DNA from: Phoronis australis
Taxonomy: Eukaryota > Animalia > Phoronida
Reading direction: 5' to 3'
DNA length: 64,000 nucleotides
Assembly: GCA_002633005.1 (NCBI GenBank)
Contig: NMRA01000265.1
Span: 64,362-128,361, forward strand
Positions 1 through 13,600 of this stretch are shown here, one piece after another (the stretch's first letter is position 1; the number at the start of each line of letters is the position of its first letter). Both the position numbers and the translations under genes were made by a program. The notes under the pieces are model-generated. The model made no database searches. It was not told the DNA's origin and saw only the letters and a list, made by a program, of their open reading frames with translations.

Positions 1-605
1 AGAAGCCCCAGTGTTGGGCTAGAGTTTCGAGTTCCCAAAAGTGAACCCTTTGTAATACTGAACATCGGAAACGGCATCCTTTGTAGAGAAACTGGTAAAG
101 AAAAGGACACTCATCTAAGCGGCATGTCCCGCCATACATCTTATAGTATTGGAATCTCAAGCAGTAAATGGTTAGCCAGTTTTTTCTCAAGGATAGAAAT
201 GGTTTCTGACACGAGTTATCAACACAAGAGACCGATTTCACAGCATTTCTTGGTAGTCACAACCGAGATGCTTTTTGCGAGGAGCGTGTTAATATTGCCG
301 GGCCTTCAAGCTGCCACCCGAGTTACATTTTTTTATAATTCAATTTAAAATCCTTCCGTTTAACGGGAATGAACACTACGTGTAGCGAACATTGTATTTT
401 AACATACTCCACCAGCCACTTCACATAAATTTAGCGCACAGCGGGAAAATAAGGTATGCGGAAATGTTTTTTCGAAAGACTGTCACAGTCTACTTCAGCT
501 GGTCCCTCCGTGAAAACATCAAGCCACAACGGCGAGTTATTTTTTAACTATGAATAAAGAGTAAGAACAAAAATGTATCCACGTAGCCCCCAAAATAGTA
601 TTGGA

Positions 606-853
606 TTTATTACAATACTACAGTTTCACAGGTGCGTTAGACCCTTTTGCATACCTGCCATGCGGTTTGTCAACAACAATAAGTCCCACGGAAACAACCA
701 TTTCCTGGGACAAAACAGTGAATACCACACACGATGACTGGCAATTTTCTAGTCAATCCTTTTCTTGTGTTGGTTCAAGCCGCCATGGGCATGTTTTGTA
801 CCATAAAAGAAAAGCCAAAGCAATGGTGAATGTTCAATAATACTTAATTTATT
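606..853 (-). terminator. Two candidate polyadenylation signals (AATAAA at 853-848 and 611-606), giving a 3'UTR of about 1.2-1.45 kb
   Basis: tttatt on the + strand at both positions; each is followed on the - strand by a U-rich tract (about 821-805 and 573-555). Confidence 0.5.
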
Positions 854-2031
854 AATATCATTCATTCATTGAAACAGCACATTTTGGCAATAGAGGGGGA
901 AGAAGTTTCCATTTCTACCGATAGGATACCACTAAGTCGCACCACTGATTAGCATACATGAATAACGAAAACGAATCTCCACTATAACTGTGATAAATAC
1001 ATGTACAGAAGAAAGTGTTGAAGATAAAAACCATTTGCAACTGACCTTTAGAGACAAGAAGACAATCATGTGACTTTCATTCTTAACCAGAAGGGAGAAT
1101 CGCCTTCCACTTCTCCATTCTAACGAAATAAAATACCTCGAAATGATTTAATAGGTATTGATAAAAAATCATGGACAAGGTGAAAAAAATCCCCATGTGA
1201 AATTTAACCGATGATCGTCACTAACAATGGTAAATCCTGCAATCCTACGTAAGAAGTACCACACTTCCACAGACACAGAATCTGAGATTTTGTCAGGATA
1301 AAATTCCAATTTCAATCTAGGTCATTCAATATCATTCAGTGAATTTGCTCTACCCATGGGCAGGCCAGGGAAGACAACGAGGATGGAAGTCATTTTAGAC
1401 TGAAACTATTGGAGGCAAGCACGTGGCAACAAAACTCAGTCATGCCTACAGATGATGTGTATGTACAAAATGAAGTTTCACACGGAAATACTAAAATAAC
1501 AATAACATAGTAGTATGGCCATTACAAATCTACAAATATACAAATAAAATGCAAAAGAAATGAGGTATACTGCTGTAATATAGAACATTTATAAATAACC
1601 TAAACAAACTAAAACTGATATTTACACTTTGTAAGTAAAAACAACATTCGCAGCACATTTGCATGATTTGTAGAAGGTAATGATGAACCCTGAATTTTAC
1701 AAGCAGCATCCTTGTTACTGGAAGACTTCAAGGGATGGGCCAGTTTTGAGGGGAACAAAAATGTGGATTTTGTATCAGAATTTCCTGAAGTGTCTATCAA
1801 TCAGCTGAATGCAGAGCTGCTTCACAATTCTATAAATACAAATGTCACTTCTACACATCACAACCATACTCTTAGCACAACAGATTCATCAGTTTGACAC
1901 TGAGCATTTGAAACCTTGCTATAATGCTAGGACACCATTAGGTCCGATAATGAATGAACGTGATTTCTGACTACAGGTGTTCATAGACCACATATGAAAT
2001 GACTAGCTAAGGAGACTCGCAACCACAAATG

Positions 2032-4664
2032 TCACACATAAGACTCTTCTGAAAACTTGAGAGACTCCTCAAGCGAACGATCTTTAGTCAGCTCGGGGTC
2101 TCTGTTCAAGCACAGCCCATTAAGAGGCTCACCACTGTAGAAGTAGTCCGGCACAGTTTTAACAGATTGTTTTGCTTCCAACTGTTTTGATGGCGATACT
2201 CGCGGACTAGTTTTTTCGGTAGCGTAGTGCGCGTTAATATCTGGAGGTGGTCGGTACGGTGGAGGATCCCCCCGTCTGGATAACATGGAGGGTGGGGTCG
2301 ACTCCTTCGACGACCTACTTTCAAAGTCTGTCTGAGAGTCCTTCAATGACACACTGCGATTCTTCGAGTTAGGAGGGCTGTTTTCGTCCATGCCTGAAGT
2401 TAATTTCAGACTATTCTCCCTACTCACTTCGGGACTATGTCGTTTCCTCGAAAAACTATTTTCCCTACTAGCCGATGTACACCTCTTACAGTCTACCCCT
2501 GCGAGAACATCACACGCGCACTCACCAGTCTTTGCACTACTTGACATTACAACATCCTTGCTGACGCTGCTCTCGCGACTATTTGTTCGAGAGGTGCTAC
2601 TTTCTCGAGATGAACCATCGCTGTTGTGGGGTGGAAGATAGAACAGCGGATGCTCACCCGATAACTGTTTACAATGAGTCTGCGCAGTGCTTTTTGACTC
2701 GTCACTCTGGGTGGTTCGCCTATCGGGGCTCGGCTGACGCCAGTGACTGGTGTTGAACGGAACCGGTTTTAGCCGTTTGATATTGCTCTGTCCTATTTTG
2801 TTGATGTGCTCACAAGAGTCGCTCTTACTGCGGTAAAGACCAGGACCATGTTTAACTGACTCAACAACACAGAGATTGTTCATTAAGTTCATGTCTACTC
2901 CTTTTCGCTGCACATTAAAATTCAAGTCAACATACGTTGGACTAGACTGGTCACTGGGAGCGTCCTTATGCTGTTCTGCGTATTGCTGCTGGGACTTTTC
3001 AAACAGTTCCCTTGCCCGAGCACTTTTAACAGTTTGACGGATGCGCTCGATTTCGGACGCACCGCTTTCAATTAGAGATTTACGTTCCAAAGCCTCACTG
3101 TACGATGGTGGATTCGCCGGACGTCTCATTTGCACTTCATCCCTAGGGGGGAGAATTGCCGACGCTCCGGCTTTGTCACTCATGGCAAACGCAAGACGTG
3201 AATCACTGGCCGACTTTTCAATGAAGTGCGGTTCCTCACTTTTCAAGACATCTAACCTCACACTTCCATTAGCAACCTGTTCCTCCGGTATTCGCACGCT
3301 TGACAGAGAGTTATCCAGAGCATTCAGCCGTGGTGACAATGATCCATGGAACGTGTTCCTCTTCAGCAGACCAGGTCGCACCGGGGACAGGCTCAACTCA
3401 GTCAAAGGCGACTTTTCCGAGCCTAACGTACGTGGCAGACTACGCGACTTTAATTGAGGCGTCAACTTCCTCAGTACTACTTGCGGCGGAGGAGAGCCGA
3501 GGCTAGGGTCATAAAACGGTTTTACTGGCATGCTGTTTCTTTTAGCTGCCATTGACAGGGTCAAGTGTCCCTTCGGTGGTAAGGGTGGTGGGTTTGAGTC
3601 GTCCGGAAGTTTGATTTCTGGCACGTTTTTGCTGAATGACACTGGTGAATTGCGTTCAGGTGAACTTGGCTCACTGGAAGCTTTTGGCTTGAAACTAGTT
3701 GACATGGCCGTAGTTCCGCGCGATGCAATGCCATCTGTTTTCTCCATGATTGGATCGGAACTCCTCCTGCCTTCGGTGGGCGATTCGATCTGCGGTGGCG
3801 ATGGCGCGGGACCTTTATTACGTCGGAATATCCGGTGATATGGTGGAGGCGTTGTCTCCGATGTCAAACTCTCTTGTGATGAGTACGAATAACCAGATAA
3901 GGGAGAGGTGGGTGGAGTCTCATGCGACGATTGACGGCGCATGCGCTCCTGAATGCGTGCCTGGTGTACCTTCGTGGGATTGGCACTGCCAGAGAACAGT
4001 TCTTCATCGATATATAAATGGCACCCACTGGCGGACTTGGTGATGATTCCCATGTCATGACGCTGACTACGCTGTGTATAATAGTCCTTCAGCGAGCTGT
4101 CGTCGTCAAGACTACCCAAGTCAGAGTCATTAGAAACCCGTTTCTGCGGCATGTTGCACCTCATGTTTCTCATGAGGTCTGCATTGGCACTTTGGGAGAA
4201 AGAACTCGCCTGATCGTGCGCAGGCCTTCGACTATTTAGATTAGCACCGGAATACGACTGCATCAGTTTGTATGCCTCGGGGTTCTGAGCATTCAACAGA
4301 TGCTGTGGTTCTGAACCACGCCGAGGCTTTCCCTTGCGGGGAGGTGGTACCGGGTTACCAGCCTGCATGACCTCGGGCACGTGATCATAGCTGCGACTTT
4401 GCGGTGCCACTTCCACCTTCTCCGCTGAGCGATCATGTCGCTGTGAAATGCTCCGACTATACACGTGTTTAATGTCTGTGAACAGGTTGTCGCATTCGTT
4501 GTCCTCATCGAACAACTGTGAGTCACTGAGAGTTAGGCCGGAGTCTCGGCTCAAGTTAGTTGGCGACAAATGACTCTTGGTCATTTTTGGACTAGATTCC
4601 ATCTCACTCAATAATTCGTTGCACTCCAAACTGTCTAGCGATGACTCCTTGTGATTCACCATGC
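2032..4664 (-). CDS. ARHGAP20: Terminal coding exon (2633 nt): Ser/Pro-rich disordered C-terminal tail ending ...FSEESYV*
   Basis: Lies in the 887-aa ORF 2032-4695. Acceptor ttgcag|GC at 4664 is phase 1, matching the upstream donor CCAG|gtgag. GC content is higher than the flanks. Confidence 0.93.
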
Positions 4665-7600
4665 CTGCAATACGAAAACAACCATGTAGTTTCACATGAA
4701 AAATAAACCACTTCTATTCCACCATCGTGGTGAACAGTTTGTCAAGTTAAACAAACACAGGATCTTTGCAGGTTTTTACTTAAAACAGACAAGACATTTT
4801 GAGACTATAATGGGTTGATACCTTCACAAACTATCAGGTTTGGCTTTAGCTACCACAAAAAGATTCTGTAAAACTCGAGGAAGAGAATATGCTTTATACT
4901 CGATCTACAATAGCACTGCGGGAAGCCTACCACTGTGTAGACGGTAATACTACTTGAAAGTGTCAATGAGACTCGAAATTCACTTGGTGGTTGTGACAAG
5001 AAAGCTGTCACATTCACCTACATGTGGGTATACGTGGGAGTCCCACACAAATACCTGCATGCGTCGAAAGAGCAAGGACCAATGTTCCTCAAGTTCCACT
5101 TTGTGAATTTCAAGCTCCCATTGCATAGTTCTCTTCTGCTGCTCTTACTATTACAGCAAACAGTCAAACTAATTCATAGTGTGAAATCTCACCTGGTACA
5201 TCCTGTATACTGAGCAGGCTATGAAGGCTATCTGAGTCTGTGCTGGAGTCCTGCCTTGACTTGGGCTCCACCAGTTCACCAAACAGTTTAATGCAGTCTT
5301 CGCCTAGCACGTCTTCGCAATTCTCAATCAGGTACTGAAGCAACACTGGCACCTTCTTGGAAGCGAGGGTCTGCGTGGCCGGTCCGGCCGTCAGGTGAGG
5401 CCATAACAGACTCGGGCCCACACAGATGGCCAGGTTGTAAGCATTCATGTTGTTCTCCTCAGACTTCTGGTCAATGTGATAGAGGATACACATGAAGTGG
5501 CGCAGCAGGTCCAGGTTCTCGGCCGGCAGTTTCTGAAGAAGCCTGAAGAAGAATAATAAGAATAAGAATACATTTATGAGTCTTATCAAGACTTCTTCAT
5601 TGTGTTTCCTAGATCAAATGGTAATCGTTCCTTACAAGGGCCACGTATTTTGAGAACCAGCTTCTCCACTGAGTAAGGGGACACAAACTGGTTCTCAAAA
5701 CCTGGGACCCCCGTAATTGACTACTGCAGCGAGAACTCTCCTACTCTCCTCTTATAGAACAGAAACAGAGACTTCTATTCCACAACTCAACATTTCGACC
5801 TTACTGACCAATCATTTCTGTGGCCCCAATTTCCTCGGGTACAATAGGAAGGTCCCAGGCATTGTGATTTTATAAATCTGTGTTTACGGGAATTTCTCGT
5901 GTCGACACAATACAGCCCCTGTGTAACACCAATTAGTAGAAAAGAAATGAAAGCAATAACTTTTAGCCATATGCACCATCGTGACAGGGAGAACACAGAC
6001 CACTAAGCTTTTATATTTCATTTCACACTCATCAGTGATTTACACTACAGTGTGAGTGCTTAATAGCACCATACATTATAATGGCCTACAAAAATCCAAA
6101 TCAGCACTTTGAACAGGCCTGCTATCGTTTTCTGTTGATAAATCTAATAAAGATGAGGTCACTACACATCACCCTGTAGCAAGGAGCCTTGCTAGGTCAT
6201 GCTGTGACCCCGAATAGTCACTGTAACCAGCCTAACCACAAACACAAACCGTGTCCAATCAAGGGGAAACATTGAACAAAAGAGCTGACATGGAGAAGAT
6301 GTTTTTACCTCAGGTTGTCAGTGCGGCGTGCACGTTACACATCAAGACTGACTGGCTATAACCAACCAAGTATAAACAGCTCAGGTGAGATAAGTAAGCC
6401 CAATGAAGATACAAAGAAGCAAGGAAGACCATGTAATGGGTACCTACTAAAAATAACAAAAAGGTAACATTGCTGAGACGGACAACATAAATATCATACC
6501 CTACAGATATCATCTGAAGGAGACTATGTTCCTGATGACAGAACACGCCTACAGGCAATGATAACAAACGAGGGTTCTTACGTTTTAACGGCTTGTATTC
6601 GCTCGTCTTTGTCTTGAAGATCGTTTGTCTCCGTCCACTGTTCGTAGAGGTCACACTGAAGTAGAGAATCTGGCAAACTGCGCAGGAAGTCCTAAAACAA
6701 GACAGTCGCATGATAAAAAACAATGCGGCATAATCTACAATATTTTCAAATGGTTACTCTAAAAATATCCACTGTATCAGTTTAAAAACATCAAAGAAAC
6801 TATCGCACGTTAAGAGCAACATAGTTAAACCATAACGTGCTCAATGTTGTTTACAAAGCACTCGACATATCCTGAACTATTGAGTGTCCCATTGTCAACT
6901 TAAACTCCGTGTGAATAAATACCCGAATAATACAGTAATCAATGCTTCCTGAATAATTGCACCGAGCAGGTCATATCTGAATGTGAAATAGCCTAACAGT
7001 AACACAACACAATCATCACTGCACGTGAAATAGTAAAGATTTCCTTTCTTCAACACACCAAGTCAAGTGATGACACAGTAACGTAACACAGACTGCATTA
7101 GCCAACCTTACCTTCAGCGTGGCCCCATGGACAAGCACAGACATCTCCTCTAGACCACTCTCTTCCTCTCCACAGTCCAGCTTCTCTTTAATCTCTTTAC
7201 ACACACGTGCATTGGCAGACTTACGAAATATGCCTGGCGTAAACGGGCCATGGTGAAATAGACACTGGAGAAGTTCCTAGAAATAACGTTACATGTCTCT
7301 TAGAAAACTGTGAACACAGGCGAGCAACTCCAACATTTTAACTGCAGCATACTAGAACATGGTACGCACAAGCTGCGTCTTCTCACTAGCACCACCTGCC
7401 GAGTTAGCCTGGCATGTAGGTCTACTTAATACGGTTTGTTGTGTAGTTAGAGTTTGCAAGTGCACTTCCTGAACTAGTGCCAAGAATTCTATTAAAGGCA
7501 TACATCAAAAGGCTTTTCAAAGCAAAAGTTTCCTTTCGTGCATATAGGCAGTAAAATGGATACCAGAAATTTCCTGTCCAGATACACAAACCGGAAGCGG

Positions 7601-10600
7601 AGATGCACACTGGAAGAGAGTGGCACTTTCCCTAGGAATGTCATCAGCAAATACTGGAGTTGCGAATAAATTGTCTGTGATTGATGATTAAATTAAAGTC
7701 GGTTGAAGTTTTTGATAAAACTCAACAGGACTTCTTCATTTGTCAAACAAAAAAATATGACACACAGTGATGAAAAACACCAGAGTTTATCTTCTAAAAA
7801 CAAGAAAAATGAGTAAACCTTTTTCGTAACTCAACGCACTTAGCTGTGCTGCACTCACCAGAATTTGTTTTGGAAGACCTTCCTCAGAGCACACTTCTGA
7901 TAGCGAGTGACCAAAGAGCTTCCCAGTTATGGGTGACAAGGGCTCATCTATCTTACTGGAAGACTTCTTGAATAAGTTAATCAGCGGTGACTTCTTCGAC
8001 TTCTTTGACTTTTTTGTGGAACCCGTTTCATCTGAAAATGGCCACATAGCGATGTTACATTGCGGACATGTTATATAGAAGAGGAATGGACACACTAAAG
8101 AAAATGTGCTAAGTTTCTTGATTTTACTTCAACAAGTTTACGTCATTCACGCAAACATGTATTGGTTGGAAGCAAATTGCGTAACAAAGGGTAGCTGACG
8201 AACTCCATAAACAGTTCAATGTATTACACAAGACCAATTAAGTGATCACAAAAACTGTAAACAAACACATTCTAAACATAATGAAATGAAGCGGACATAT
8301 TACGCTTCTTTTGATCACTACTGCAAGGGTATAAGCGGAGTTGTCTATTGGCACGTTCGCCACATTTAATGTCTCAACACAATACGAAGCTACGTTGCTC
8401 TACCAATGACGTTACCGAAACTCGGTGTTGGCAGCTAGGAGATAGCCATGGCTATTGGCACGTCCACCAAATTTAATGTCTCAATAGAACGCATTAAGCT
8501 ACTTCATTCCTATACCAGTGATAACCAGCAAGCAGATAGCAATTACTGTTCCATTCCAAAGGTGTTACATAATGTCTGACAGTGAGCACATTTACAAGAT
8601 ATGATGTTAGGACAAGACAAGAGTGATGTAATCCTCTTCTCAGAATGAATGGAGTACACACAACCACCACAGTTCTGCAACATTACATTAAACAGTCTCC
8701 CAGAGAGTGACAAACAACAAGGATACAATAGAGAAAGCAATGAAGATCTTCATGAATGAAGTTTAACCAATAAAGGGAACAAAGACCATGCCTCTCAAGG
8801 ACCATTCCCTTGAAGCAGCTGGCTCAGCTGAAATGAGCTGATAACTTTTGGAAAGGCTGCCTAAAAATTCCAACAGTGATAAACCGTTCAAAACCTGAGG
8901 GAGACATTTCTCAGCGACGGACATTCTGGAGTAACAAACACAGCTCGGTAATGGAAACTTACCCAGACTGAACTTCTTTAGCGGCTTTTTGCCGTGCTTG
9001 AGCACAAACTGACACTGATAGTTTCTGTCGGACACCTTGTCCGGGCTGGTGTCCATGTCTTGGACAGGAAGTACCGAGCCATCCGAGTCTACCCGTGACT
9101 GGTCGCGGATGTGACTCATCTTAATGGAGTATGGGTGCTCATGGCCTGCAATGAGATAAAGTAGGCCATTGTAATTTGGCGTTCCTTCAGAGCAAGTTGG
9201 GTGCAAATACATTCTCAACGGTTCACATAACTTGTAGCATTGTATCCCTACTAAACTTGAATGTACCCTATCAACATGAAAACATGTGTCCTACAGACCT
9301 GGTGCCATAAACACTGAAACATGTCATACCAAACAACTGCATTGCTATTTCAAACAAAAAGAACAGAAAATCAATGAACCAACAGTGGAACTATGCCCTC
9401 TCACTCACTGTAACAGCAGGTAGCAGGAATGTAATACTTGGGGATAGTAGGTAGAATTTGAATGTGCAGCTAACTATTACAGGTGTGTTGACCTAAGTAA
9501 CTTACGGTAATGCATGAATTTATAAGAGGTGTAAAAGTGTGTGTTCATGACTCCCCAACTAGAAGCAATGCCCCCCTCACTGAAAAAGGTTGTAGAATGA
9601 ATTAACTAGACAGAAAACCAACTGTACTTTAAATGTAAAAGTACACTAGCCCATATGGTTACACAGAGAGAGAGATAAGTGTTTGCTTAAAACACAAAAT
9701 ACAAAGCACAGAGAGGAATTCATGTCTCTTTTATCAGACAATTCAATGAGTGGAGGACCCAACCTTTCACAATGCAAACACTGTAAGTTGGTTATTGGCA
9801 CAGCATTCTATCAAGTTATTGCGTTTTCATTATAGGGCATGTGTATATAAGCTTGAGAATACTGGTAGTTTGTGCAATCAAGAACGGCAATAAAATAAGT
9901 CATTTTAAACCACATCCATCAACCATAAGCCTGTCTGAGAACCAAATGTGGAGTAAAAGTGTGCTGGTCTACTGTAAGATGTATGCAACATTCTTTGCAA
10001 GGTGGCATTTAAAAGGGAACACCCGCCAAGTTCTCCTAAAACACATTGATGGAGGCACAATGCCTGGATACGATTCAGCAAAATTGATATGGGTCTCAAG
10101 TGGCCATAAAACTTAGGGATCACAGAAGTGAGTTTGTCATGATCCCCTAATCCAGCAATAAATGAAGGAATGCTATGGCTAGAGATGGCATGATTCCGCC
10201 ATCATTATCAACAATACACGCTTTATTTCCAGGGGTAGACTGAAAGGACAAGGCCAACTTAGGTTAAGATGCACAAATGTTTGCAACAATTGCACAGCAA
10301 ATGTTTGCACCCCATTTAAAAGGAAAGAATAAATCAGTGGGTGGCCACCTTTTCTATGCTACTAAGACAGGCTACTGGGCTTATAAACAAATTGTATGTA
10401 TGTATATTATAATATGACCAGAAACTGGAGTGATGGCAACGTTTCTCATTGAAATAAAAACAAAGAAAATAAAGATGCACAAAAAACAAATTGTATGCAA
10501 AATTAAAAATATGACTGAAACTCCTGCCACACAGGAATGCTTACAGCAAATATTAAAATCGATGCGCACATTAATATCGCCGTGGGGTCCCTAAGTGACA

Positions 10601-13600
10601 TTTGTACCTTACAGCAAGATTATTACCTCAACACAAATAATTATCAGGAGAGGACAAAATAGATAATTTCGGCAAGATACCCACAGACACCTGGGAGGAG
10701 TTATCTAGAAGTAGTTAATATTTACAAATACAAGTCTGTAGACACCTGCCCTTGTTAGAAAAACATGACAAACTGGGCAAAAATTCTATTTTCTTAATCG
10801 AAGAAGCTCCTCCAAAGTTTCAAAACAGGAATATCTTTGCTAACCTTTCGTATCCTAGAGGGTTTATCAAGTTCTCGAATGTTAAAAAAACTAATCATCA
10901 GGTAAAAAATGAGTTTAATAAGTGATAAATCTTACCTTGACTAATTAATAACTGGGACAATATAGTCATGGCGTCACAACAGGACACAAGAGATATTAAC
11001 AGCACTTTCAACTACCTTTCTATTGCCAGTAGATGTGGACTGGTACGGGGTTATTTTAATAATGATACCATCCAGTTGTCTCCTGTATATCAACTACTAT
11101 CGCTACTTTATCTCAACGTATGTTTGCCCAAGGCTGATTCTAATTCTGCATACCAACTAGGGATAATCACTGGTTGATCTTATCACGCACAACGTGACAT
11201 CATTCCCAATCGTCATCACGAAATCGGACCATCGTGCTGATGAGACCATGCTGCAAAACGCAGGGTCTGCGACAGAGTTAGCTATCCCAGGGACTTCAAT
11301 CGATAACAAATCCAATTGTAAACGCCAGATATTTTAGAGAAAGTGATAAGATAAACAATCAGAACTACCTTCACCAGGTGACACTCGTCTAAGGTATTCG
11401 TAATCTCGTAAGATGGCCAGTTCTATAACCATGTTTACAAACACACTTCTATCCACAGGACGTGATTGAAGTCTCCAGTAGCCAGTCAGCTACTCCACTT
11501 TACACAAGTCCAGCACTGATGAATGACCAAATCGAAATGACCCAAGCCTGTTTACTTCACTCTTAACCACAGGTTTCTATCCTCATAACATCTTTTCAGC
11601 TTGCCCAGTGGGCGGAGCCTAGCTATTGTGAACTACTGGGAACCACATTCCGCAAGCGTTCTCATTGGTAAATAACTTTCTATTGCACAACCAAGAAATG
11701 CCAATTCAGGTGCGAAGCCCCTGCACAAAAACCTCATGCAAACAGTATTAATGAATAAACTAGAGTTCAACTCACCACAGGCATGTAAGGCCTTTGTCAA
11801 TGCAAAGAATTTGAGCTGATAATCTAGATCACATAACACATCGATTAAAAAACCATGATGAAAAATCCTAGGAACAAATGAAACAAAACAGGCCCAAATT
11901 CAAAAGCTGTAGAACAATTTTCCACCTTCTACGAGGGAAATGAAGTGAGTGATCACCTATCCTCATACCCCGGGGTAATCACAGGATGTCATTAAATAGT
12001 CAAATGGGCAAAATACAATGACAGGATGGTCCGCACATCCTTGACTGTGGTAGAAGATGGGTAACAAGCTATAATCACTGAGGTGACGTACATTCACAGT
12101 GAAAGAGTTCAGCAATCCATGTGCCTTCTAAATATCAGCAATAGAATAATGTCGTAGAGGATAATCTTACACAAGCTACCACGAAATGTCACCAACTTAG
12201 GACACAACGTGACGGAAAAGTCAATTCTTCATTTTCCTTCCGATTAGCGCCTTACCATCTTTTCATTTTCATAGACAACATTAGAGAAATGTTAGAGGGT
12301 CTTGAGAACTATATAAAAACAATTTTGGCAATTATGGTTCTCTGAAGATGGAGAGGTTTTACAACATCGAAACAGAATGAACGGTAAAATTTCCTCAAAT
12401 TTGCACAAAAATAATTGCCGTTCTTCCAATGCAATTCCTTTGAAAATTTCGATAAATTGATATCTCACAGTCCCGCCAGATTGTACACTAAATTGAGAAA
12501 CTACTGTACGCTAACACAGTGATGCCAGATTGCATTACAAGAGACCCTGGAGTTCCCCCAGGCACGCACTCACACTCACACTCACAACCGACACATACCT
12601 ATTAGAGGGTACGGGCAATCCTCCTTTCCTGAAACCACCCACAACTGAAAGTCCTTTGCGTCTCCATCCTGGAAATAAAAAGAGACTAGATTAGTAAGAA
12701 AATCAAAAAGATAACATAAAAACAAACACCCCCATTATCATAGGCTACCACTTAGTGTATCTCCAAGCTTTCAGTTTATGTATACATATCAAATTCCTCA
12801 ATGGTATGATCTAGCAGTCTGAGCACCTGTTCTTTGACACTTTTTCATTTCACAGAAAAGTAAACTCACAGAAAAATGTCGCTTTGGTTTGTAAAACAAG
12901 CTATAGAAGCGTGGCTTCTTCGCCATAATAATCCAACCCCTCAGTGCAGATCTGATAACGATGAATGACACGTTCAGACCTCCCGCTACCAGATAAAGCT
13001 TCCAATATCTCTGACCTCTGATGAACCATCTGGTGTCAAACTGGTAAACTAATGTGAAGTGAAACAACACAGGTCTTGAACTTCTGCGGGCAATGATAAG
13101 AGAGTACTGCTACACTTGAGCATCATGGATTGGTTTGTTTGACTTGAGCCGTGATGACGCTACTTTCTCGGAATGGTAAACAATTTTGTTGTTTTGAGAC
13201 ATTGGCATTTCATTGGGATTGACAAATTCTGTAATCTTTACGTAATAAGACCAACACTGTGTCACGAAGGAAATAAACAGTTGTGCGCTGTTTAATAAAA
13301 ACATGCAATAAAATTAAAATCTTCATATTCAAAACAGAATATACTGAAAGCACAGCAATAATTCCGGCAAATAACATACGGTAAAATGACACCAATTTCA
13401 AACAAAAATAATTGCTGATATTGCACTTTAAAAAAAAACAATGTTTTCAAACGTTGTTGTGAGTGGCCAAACTTCTTCAAAATATTTTCTGTTGTTAGCT
13501 CTGGTACAGACCTTAAGTATTGGAGAGCATCCTATCATTTATGAAAAGAATGAGAAAGCACATTTTCACCTGGTCGACACATTGCATCTTAAACTGACGA

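Noticed and set aside
1-560. Relatively CpG-rich stretch beyond the poly(A) sites, possibly a neighbouring promoter or repeat
   Set aside because: No exon, TIR or RNA-gene structure can be supported inside the window.
2390-4239. Several plus-strand and alternate-frame ORFs of 64-138 aa overlapping the terminal exon
   Set aside because: Antisense or frame shadows of a GC-richer coding exon; no recognisable motifs.
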